DNA of 64,000 bases from an uncultured Acidimicrobiaceae bacterium. GTDB lineage: Bacteria > Actinomycetota > Acidimicrobiia > Acidimicrobiales > UBA8190. The translations under genes and the position numbers were made by a program. Numbering within the stretch: position 1 is the first letter of the stretch; every line of letters begins with the position of its first letter. The stretch lies in contig CAWCZO010000007.1 in NCBI GenBank assembly GCA_963800065.1, forward strand, positions 176,474 through 240,473. Reading direction: 5' to 3'. The notes under the pieces are model-generated. The model did not search any database, was not told where the DNA came from, and saw only the letters and a program-made list of their open reading frames with translations. Below, in pieces: positions 35,533 to 42,394 of this stretch.

Positions 35533-38328
35533 ATGCTCAGGCGGCTTCGACGGTTCCAGTTGATGGCGGGCGCCCTGATCGCGCTGACGGGGTCGGTGTT
35601 GCTTGTCACGGTGCCCTCCGCCACCGTCGCCTCGGCCGGGACCGGGTGGTCGGGGCCCACGACCGTGGACGACTCTTCGCCCGTGGTCGTCGACGCCGTC
35701 TCCTGCCCCACCACCACTTTCTGCGCCGGGGTCAACAGCGCCCAGGACGAGGCGACCGTCTACAACGGATCGGACTGGTCGGCCCAGACGACCTACGAAG
35801 GGACGGGACCCTCCACCAGCGCTGTCTCGTGCGTCTCTTCGACCTTCTGCGTGGCCACCGACAGCAGCGGCAACGCCATCTTCTACAACGGACACTCCTG
35901 GTCGGTCGTGGCCGCCGGTTTCGACATGTCGTCGATCTCCTGCGTGTCGTCGTCGTTCTGCATGGGAGTCACCGAGGGGGCGAGCGCCGGCGACGCCGTT
36001 CTGTACAACGGGGCGACGTGGACACCGGCTGTGATCGATTCCGGTGTCGACCTCTGGTCGGTGTCGTGCCCCACAACCTCGTTCTGTGAGGCCTTCGACA
36101 ACAACGGAAATGCCTTCGCCTTCAACGGCGCCTCGTGGACCTCGCAGGGCAACGTCGACTCCAACCCCGCGGTAGGGATACCCTGGATCGAGGTGTCGTG
36201 CACCGTCACCGGGGGGACCCTCTGTGCCATGGTGGATGGGTGGGGCTCCGGCTTCCACTACAACGGCGTGACATGGACCGCCGACGGCGACCTGAACGCC
36301 TCCCATTACTTCACCTCGGTGTCGTGTGCCAGTGCCTCCTTCTGTGCCGCAGTGGACAGCGGCGGCGGGACGTGGATCTACACCGGAACGGGCTGGACGG
36401 GCTTCCCTCCCGAAGGGGGCCATCCGTATTTCAACTCGGTGTCGTGCCCCCAGGGCAGTTCCTTCTGCGTGGCCGTCGACAACGAGGGCACGTACTTCGT
36501 GACGACAAACGCCGAGACGTCCTGGTCTGGGGAGGGGTTGACCAGTGACAGCGCCCCCACCGGGATCCTGACCGTGTCGTGCGCCACGTCGGCCTTCTGT
36601 GTCACCGGCGACCCATTGGGCAACACCGCCACCTACAGCGGTGACAAATGGGGTTCTGCCGAGAGCATCGACGACAACGCCCTCAACTCCGTGTCGTGTC
36701 CGACGGCGACGTTCTGCGCGGCGGTCGATGATGCCGGTCAGGTCGTCACCTTTGACGGTTCGAGCTGGTCCGCGCCCGACAATATCGTCGGTACCAACAT
36801 GTTGTCGGTGTCCTGCGCCAGCGCCGATTCGTGCGTGGCCATCGACAATGCCGGAGACGCCCTGCTGTACAACGGATCGACGTGGACCGACAACTCCGAG
36901 GTCGATGGGAGTCAGCTGGTGGGTGTGTCGTGTGCACCGGGCACCGCCTTCTGTGCCGCCATCGACAACGTCGGGAATATCATCACCACCACCGACGGGG
37001 GAACGGGCAGCTGGGCGAGCTATTCGACCGGCGCCGGATCGCTGGCCTCGGTATCGTGTTCCACCGCCAGCTTCTGCGTGGTGGTGAGCGGTGAAGGCGA
37101 CGCGTTGACCACCGACAACGGTGGCAGCACGTGGTCGAGCCCCGACGACATCGACCCTGGTCAAGCGTTGAATTCGGTGTCGTGCGCCACGCAGAACTTC
37201 TGCACGGCCGTGGACGACGCCGGCAACGCCCTGCTCACCGACAACGGCGCCGGCTCCTGGTCCAGCGCCGACATCGACGGCGGCCAGCCCCTCGCCTCGG
37301 TGTCGTGCACCTCGCCCACCTTCTGCGTGGCCGTGGACAGCGACGGCAACGCCCTGCTCTACACCCCACCTTCCCCGCCGGGGCTGTACGTGAGCGTGGT
37401 GGCGCCCTACACCGGTCTCACGACCGGGAACACGGTCGTCACCATCACGGGGTCGGGCTTCACCACCCACGACGTGACGAACGTGTTCTTCGGCACCGGG
37501 ACCGCCAGCGACGTCGATGTGCTGGACAACACCACCATCACCGCCGACTCCCCTCCCGGGTCGGCCGGCACCGTGGACGTGACGGTGGCCACCACGACGG
37601 GCACCTCGGCGGTGAACTCGGCCGATCAGTTCACCTACACGGTGGCAACGGGCCAGACCCCGCAATCGTGCACCCCGAACTGCTCCCTGGCCCTCTCCAC
37701 CCCCCTGGCCGCCACCACCGTGCTGGCCTCGGGCACCTCGAGCGAGGAGGGGGCAGCCCTCTACCTGTCGGTGAACGCCGGGACCCTGCCGTGCGCCGGG
37801 GCCCACGACTACACGGCGGCGGTGTCGGACCTGTCCACCAACGCCTTCGCCCCCGATGCCACCGTCACCGTGACCGAGACGATCGGGGACATACCGAGCA
37901 CGAAGGGGGTGAAGGTGTGTTACGCGCCGCTAAGCGCATCGACCGGTACCTTCCTGTCCAAGTGTCACACCCACGTGGTCGCTCCCTGCCGCAAGTCCCT
38001 GAAGGAGCTCTACGGCCACGCCGGCGCGGTGGCCACCTTCGTGGTGAACGCCAACGATCCGCGCTTCTGGACGGGGATCAGCTCGCTCAAGGTGACCGGG
38101 TTCACCCCCACCCACGGCGCACCCGGCTCCATGGTGACCATTAAGGGGACCAACCTGGCCGGGGCCGTGGGCGTGAGCATCGGAGGGGCGTCGGCCCACA
38201 TCGCCAAGGCCACGACCAAGGAGCTCAAGGTGACCGTGCCCTCTTCGGCGCAAACCGGCGTCTTCACGGTCACGGCCGCATCCGGATCGGTGACCTCACC
38301 CACCGCCTTCACCGTCACCGGAGGGTGA
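35533..38328 (+). CDS. Secreted 14-repeat (Cys-pair, Asp-box-like) beta-propeller-type protein with two IPT/TIG domains
   Basis: Signal peptide MLRRLRRFQLMAGALIALTG..ASA. 14 repeats of 37-45 aa of the form SVSC-x4-6-FC-x-AVD-x2-GNA-x2-YNG-x2-W(S/T); the later ones are TDNGGSTWSS-like (Asp-box). IPT-like segments near aa 617-700 and 850-930. Confidence 0.8.
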   Translation: MLRRLRRFQLMAGALIALTGSVLLVTVPSATVASAGTGWSGPTTVDDSSPVVVDAVSCPTTTFCAGVNSAQDEATVYNGSDWSAQTTYEGTGPSTSAVSCVSSTFCVATDSSGNAIFYNGHSWSVVAAGFDMSSISCVSSSFCMGVTEGASAGDAVLYNGATWTPAVIDSGVDLWSVSCPTTSFCEAFDNNGNAFAFNGASWTSQGNVDSNPAVGIPWIEVSCTVTGGTLCAMVDGWGSGFHYNGVTWTADGDLNASHYFTSVSCASASFCAAVDSGGGTWIYTGTGWTGFPPEGGHPYFNSVSCPQGSSFCVAVDNEGTYFVTTNAETSWSGEGLTSDSAPTGILTVSCATSAFCVTGDPLGNTATYSGDKWGSAESIDDNALNSVSCPTATFCAAVDDAGQVVTFDGSSWSAPDNIVGTNMLSVSCASADSCVAIDNAGDALLYNGSTWTDNSEVDGSQLVGVSCAPGTAFCAAIDNVGNIITTTDGGTGSWASYSTGAGSLASVSCSTASFCVVVSGEGDALTTDNGGSTWSSPDDIDPGQALNSVSCATQNFCTAVDDAGNALLTDNGAGSWSSADIDGGQPLASVSCTSPTFCVAVDSDGNALLYTPPSPPGLYVSVVAPYTGLTTGNTVVTITGSGFTTHDVTNVFFGTGTASDVDVLDNTTITADSPPGSAGTVDVTVATTTGTSAVNSADQFTYTVATGQTPQSCTPNCSLALSTPLAATTVLASGTSSEEGAALYLSVNAGTLPCAGAHDYTAAVSDLSTNAFAPDATVTVTETIGDIPSTKGVKVCYAPLSASTGTFLSKCHTHVVAPCRKSLKELYGHAGAVATFVVNANDPRFWTGISSLKVTGFTPTHGAPGSMVTIKGTNLAGAVGVSIGGASAHIAKATTKELKVTVPSSAQTGVFTVTAASGSVTSPTAFTVTGG

Positions 38329-38397
38329 GCCGCACCTCCAACGTCGCGCGAAAATTGCCCCATGACCAGGGACAATGCTCTGTGTATGACTTCGAGT

Positions 38398-38430
38398 GGA
38401 GAGCCTGAGACTGTATTCAAACCCTCCAAA
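38398..38430. repeat. 33-nt intergenic repeat, copy A (GGAGAGCCTGAGACTGTATTCAAACCCTCCAAA)
   Basis: 30/33 identical to copy B at 40236..40268 in the same orientation. Flanks diverge immediately. Confidence 0.75.
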
Positions 38431-38590
38431 ATCGCTCCCGGAGGGCCGCGAACTCGCCCGTTCCTGACATTCTCCAGGTCATCGGCCTTCAGCGATCGCT
38501 TCCGACCGGGCTCAGGGCCAGGTTGCCGGATTCCTCTTCAAACATTCAGAGGTCGGCAATTCGAACGCCGATTGACGTGTGGCGGGTTGG

Positions 38591-39814
38591 TCAGAGGGAG
38601 TCGTGGGCGTTGGGAATCGAGGTCGTGGTCCAGGCCCCTCCAAGGCACATCTCGTCTGATGACCCGTCACCCCAGGTCACGAAGTGGGGAGGGACCTTGC
38701 GCAAAATTGGCAACTTTTGAGCAAGGGTCGGATCATAGGTGCAGGTGATTTGGAGCTTGTCCCCTGTATGCACGGGGATGGGAGTCTTCAAGTTGTAGGC
38801 CTTTTGGTAATCGAAGTTGTAGTCGGGGACACTGAGAACCGTCCGGGCTTGCGGTGTCCCTGGGTTGAGGACCATCGAGAAGCTGCGGCCGAGCAGGTGC
38901 ATGTGGGCTTGCGCGCGAACGATGTAACCGCTTCTGCGGATAGGCCAGATACACGACGTCGTGTCACCCTCCGGCGGGTTCGAAGGATTGCGCCCGCAGA
39001 ACTGCTCGAGGAGGTTCACCGTCTCGACCGCGCTCGCACCGAAGCGCTGTCCCAGGTTGGCGAGCGATGCTGCCCGGTTGCAAAGCGGTCCGTTCACCCC
39101 GGTTGGACAAGGGATGTCCGGGGGAGCGAGCGCTATGAGGCCTCCAAGCGGCAAGAGTGGTGTCGAGGTCGGCACGGTGTCGAGGGTGAGCGAGTTCTGA
39201 ACCGGCTTGTCACCTACGAGCAGGTTGTAGTGGACCTGCATGATCACAAGACTCCCGGCAGGAAGCTCGATCCCCGTCCCCTTCGGCAGGTCGTCGGCGC
39301 CGTGACCCGGGGCCCACACGCTCAGCCAGTGAAGACCCAAGAAGTCAGCGAGCGACGCCCCGGGCAGCCCCGGTGCCCCGAAGCACGTCCAACCCCTGTT
39401 CCCGGTGTTGGCGTTGTCTTTGAGAGCAGTCGGCGCGAGGGATGGCGGGACCAAGGCCAGGATGGCGTGGTGGTCTTCGCGACTGCCGGGAATGAACTGG
39501 CTGGTGATGATGTAGGAGTCCCGGGTGACGTGAGGGTTGAGCAAGGTGCAGTGGTAGTCGTCGGTGCTTCCCACGTCCGCTTTGGGCGTGTAGGACGGAG
39601 ACACCAGCGTGACCGTGCTCACCTGCCGGGACGCGCGCGGAGGAGATGCTGAGGAGGCGGCCACGGCGGCAGTGAGCACCGCCGCCATGAGGACCAGAGC
39701 GAAGACCCCGGCCGTGACACCTCGCCGAGAAAGCCGCCGCCGAAATCGGGTCCTAGTGGTAGTCGAACCCTGGTCGGGTGGCTCGCGTTCGGACCGTTCG
39801 TCCAGATCCGTCAT
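38591..39814 (-). CDS. Copper type II ascorbate-dependent monooxygenase-like protein (PHM/DBH family), membrane-anchored or Tat-exported
   Basis: ATG 39814. N-terminus RFRRRLSRRGV plus a hydrophobic helix. CuH-like DDYHC..EDHHAIL..MQVHY. CuM-like AHMHLLGRSF..GDKLQITCTYD..SSDEMC. Confidence 0.8.
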   Translation of the reverse strand: MTDLDERSEREPPDQGSTTTRTRFRRRLSRRGVTAGVFALVLMAAVLTAAVAASSASPPRASRQVSTVTLVSPSYTPKADVGSTDDYHCTLLNPHVTRDSYIITSQFIPGSREDHHAILALVPPSLAPTALKDNANTGNRGWTCFGAPGLPGASLADFLGLHWLSVWAPGHGADDLPKGTGIELPAGSLVIMQVHYNLLVGDKPVQNSLTLDTVPTSTPLLPLGGLIALAPPDIPCPTGVNGPLCNRAASLANLGQRFGASAVETVNLLEQFCGRNPSNPPEGDTTSCIWPIRRSGYIVRAQAHMHLLGRSFSMVLNPGTPQARTVLSVPDYNFDYQKAYNLKTPIPVHTGDKLQITCTYDPTLAQKLPILRKVPPHFVTWGDGSSDEMCLGGAWTTTSIPNAHDSL

Positions 39815-40133
39815 TGTTCCCCCGTCCCTGTGCTTGGTCGTTGTCGGGGCTAGAACGCCGCAAATCGTCCCGGGACCTCTCGTTGTGCCCCAACAGGCTA
39901 ACCCGGCGAAGCTCGAACCGTTCGCTGGTCCCCGCAGAAACAGAACGGGCCCACGACAGCCAACGAAGCCGCTGGCTGATCCCCCAGGCGACAGCCACGT
40001 CGACATGGAGGCTGGACTCGGCGCGTGTGTCCATGTGGCCGCGGGACCGAGAGCTTGCTCCGGGCTCTACCGCGGGCACACCAGGCGCGACTGAGGGTCG
40101 GCTCCGCATTCGCCATCAGGCCTGCTGCAACTA

Positions 40134-40152
40134 CTTCGGGGGGGTTTGAAAC
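40134..40152 (+). repeat. Short repeat copy C (CTTCGGGGGGGTTTGAAAC)
   Basis: Shares CTTCGGGGG(GG)TTTGAA with copy D at 46595..46610. It is the inverted partner of the 3' part of copy B (13-bp complementarity with one G-T). Confidence 0.6.
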
Positions 40153-40235
40153 AGGCACATCCTCGAGTCGAGCGATCCGACATGCAATGGGGCGGTTTGC
40201 CTCGGGTCTCCGATGTCTCGCGACATCACAAGGGC

Positions 40236-40268
40236 GGAGAGCCTAAGACAGTTTTCAAACCCTCCAAA
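40236..40268. repeat. 33-nt intergenic repeat, copy B (GGAGAGCCTAAGACAGTTTTCAAACCCTCCAAA)
   Basis: 30/33 identity to copy A. Lies in the 830-bp non-coding gap upstream of the monooxygenase gene. Confidence 0.75.
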
Positions 40269-40575
40269 GAGGATAAAAGACCTGCTCAGCCACTATGCAA
40301 GCGCTCCAGTATGAGCTGGAACCTGTTGCATTTGACCATCCAGGACCCGTCGATCCGAGCGATTCTCACTCCGACGGAATGCAGTGGTCGTCGCCAAACC
40401 TTTGTGCTCGGGTCTGAAGGCCTCAAGGAGCCGGCGAGCGCGCAATCCTTGGCAACGATCTGTCTGAGGGCGTGAGCCTCGTCTACGACCTGCGTCGAGA
40501 CCCGTGAACAGAGGTCTCCATGACCACGGCATAGACCCTGGTCGAACTGGCGGTGAGGTCCAGCGGGTTGGAATT

Positions 40576-40618
40576 GCCAGAAGGCCCGGTCCCGTGTCGA
40601 CGGACCGGGCCTTCTGGC
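40576..40618 (-). terminator. Strong hairpin downstream of the 40646..42181 gene (candidate intrinsic terminator)
   Basis: Perfect 17-bp inverted repeat GCCAGAAGGCCCGGTCC / GGACCGGGCCTTCTGGC with a 9-nt loop, 28 nt past the stop codon. No clear U-tract. Confidence 0.6.
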
Positions 40619-40645
40619 TACGTGGTGAACTTGATGCGATTCTTC

Positions 40646-42181
40646 CTAACAGCCCGTAGCCGACGACACGAACGTAAGTGTCACGTTTGTGCTGTTGTAA
40701 GTCACGTCGTAGCCTGAATGTGTTGCCCCGGGCGTAGGCAGACAGTTTCCAATAACAGGCCCAAAACTCCCGCTCACGCCGCCGGTCGCGTTGAGAATGT
40801 CGAACGTCTCGTTGAGCGTCGGCGTGAAGCCTGCCTGAGTGGTGATGTCCAGGTCACTGCCGTTCAGAGTCGCCGTGCTCGATCCCTGCAGGTTTCCGAA
40901 CGTGGATGAACCGATGGTTGTGGCGAACTGCGTTGATCCGGCCGCGCTCCCGAATGCGACGTAGGGACTGCTGAATGTGTCAGTACCCGTCGACGGGTCC
41001 AACTCGCCTCCAGTGCAACTGGGGACGACATTCAGCGTCGAGGCCGTCCACGGCCCAACGATGGTGCCGGCAACGGACAAAGAGCTGAATGTTTGCCCAT
41101 TGGTATAGAGAGGACCTCGGCCACTGCCGCAATCGACGTAATAGGTTCCGGCGCCGGACGTCGTGACTGTCGAGGCCAAGGTTCGGCTCCCCTGGAATTC
41201 GATGGTGGCGCCGGTGCCGACCGAATAATTGCCCGATTGGCTTGGTGGGCTGGTTGGGCACCCCGAGGCGCTGCACGGCACGTAGAAGCAGCCGTTGGTC
41301 CCCGGGAAGCAACCACTATTCGCCGTTGCGCCAGTCACAGACACCGACCCCTCGTTATCGAAAACGTATCCGGTCTGCCCGAAACCAGCGGAGTGCGACA
41401 GAGACGTGATCGTTCCGTTGGGTTCGTTCACCACCGACGTCGTTGTCCCGTCATAGCCCGCACAAGGTCCCCAAGCCGTCGATCCTGCTACGAATTCCAG
41501 CAATCCCTCGTTTTCAAGGGTTTCGTTAGCCGACGGACCATAAGAAGGGTAGGGGACATAGCCAATACATCCGCCACCGGTCTCCAGGGTGCCCTTGTTC
41601 ACAATGGTGACACCCGCAGTGAGTCCGTACGGTCCATTGTATGACCAGCCTGGCGAAATATTGGCTGTTTGGTGGGCCGGAATCGTGAGAGTTCCAGGGC
41701 CACCGATTCCACCCGCTATTGCGGTCGTCTTCCCTAGGAGCTCGAGTGATCCCGCCGCGTTATGGATCGATAGGGCCTCGTTCCCCTGTTGGTAATTGGT
41801 GATCTCCGATGAAACGGCGCCGACGAGCTCGAGGACACCGGCGGTGCCCGTCTTGTTCTGGAGCCCCGCTTTGTTGGTGAAGTCGAGCCCCAGGATCGTG
41901 CCGCTCGCATCCGTCACGGTGGGAAAGTTCTTGACCTTGAGACAGGCGTAGTCCGTCGGCCCAGGTGCATAACCTTCGGACCAATTGGTCGAAGTAGCCC
42001 AGTCGGTCCCAGTGCCGGTAGGGCCGCCTGTGAAGTTGTCGGTGCACCTGTGCTTCTTGGCGAGTGGCGAGGCCGCATTCTGATGTGTCGCTGCGCTAGC
42101 CCAGGTTGGAATGGCGAGGACGCCGCTAGCGACGATCGCCACGGTCGAAAGCGTTGCAACAAGACGTCTCGAGTTCTTCAT
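40646..42181 (-). CDS. Secreted Gly/Thr/Ser-rich beta-helix-like protein of unknown function
   Basis: ATG 42181 with AAGGAGGAGG upstream. Signal peptide MKNSRRLVATLSTVAIVASGVLAIPTWASA. The N-terminal W..STNWS.GY.P.P.D.A motif is typical of beta-helical passenger-like proteins. Low GC. Confidence 0.65.
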   Translation of the reverse strand: MKNSRRLVATLSTVAIVASGVLAIPTWASAATHQNAASPLAKKHRCTDNFTGGPTGTGTDWATSTNWSEGYAPGPTDYACLKVKNFPTVTDASGTILGLDFTNKAGLQNKTGTAGVLELVGAVSSEITNYQQGNEALSIHNAAGSLELLGKTTAIAGGIGGPGTLTIPAHQTANISPGWSYNGPYGLTAGVTIVNKGTLETGGGCIGYVPYPSYGPSANETLENEGLLEFVAGSTAWGPCAGYDGTTTSVVNEPNGTITSLSHSAGFGQTGYVFDNEGSVSVTGATANSGCFPGTNGCFYVPCSASGCPTSPPSQSGNYSVGTGATIEFQGSRTLASTVTTSGAGTYYVDCGSGRGPLYTNGQTFSSLSVAGTIVGPWTASTLNVVPSCTGGELDPSTGTDTFSSPYVAFGSAAGSTQFATTIGSSTFGNLQGSSTATLNGSDLDITTQAGFTPTLNETFDILNATGGVSGSFGPVIGNCLPTPGATHSGYDVTYNSTNVTLTFVSSATGC

Positions 42182-42193
42182 TGTCGTCCTCCT

Positions 42194-42285
42194 CCTTGAA
42201 GGTGGATCACGGTTGGGATCCTCTCGGAGTGTGTCGGGCATCCCCTGAAGGGCCCTTGAAAGGACCTTGAAGCTGCCTCCAAGCT
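42194..42285. promoter_or_regulatory. Array of CCTTGAAG-like direct repeats in the divergent promoter region
   Basis: CCTTGAAGG at 42194, CCTGAAGG at 42244, CCTTGAAAGG at 42254, CCTTGAAG at 42265 and CCTCCAAG at 42277. The last four are spaced 10-12 nt apart, about one helical turn. Confidence 0.3.
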
Positions 42286-42374
42286 GGGAATGGGACCGGA
42301 TGGGCGCCTTGCCGGGTCGGGGCCGGGCCGAGGGTTGTCAGGGCCTCAGCATTCGAGATTGGGCAGCTCAGGGG

Positions 42375-42380
42375 TATAAT
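42375..42380 (+). promoter_or_regulatory. Perfect TATAAT -10 hexamer upstream of the SARP-family regulator gene
   Basis: GGGGTATAATCTGG ends 14 nt before ATG 42395. This implies a very short leader. The -35 is weak (TTCGAG at 17-nt spacing). Confidence 0.4.
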
Positions 42381-42394
42381 CTGGGCCCTCTCGT

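Noticed and set aside
35680-37368. Regularly spaced repeats that might be a CRISPR array or a DNA tandem repeat.
   Set aside because: The period is 111-135 nt and variable. Conservation is at the amino-acid level within one long ORF with a signal peptide. There are no identical DNA repeats with unique spacers.
38362-38748. ORFs 38362..38748(+) and 40146..40475(+) both contain GEP(E/K)TVFKPSK, suggesting paralogous small proteins.
   Set aside because: The similarity is confined to the 33-nt DNA repeat. There is no RBS, no further shared sequence and odd composition. I treat this as a nucleotide-level repeat rather than coding.
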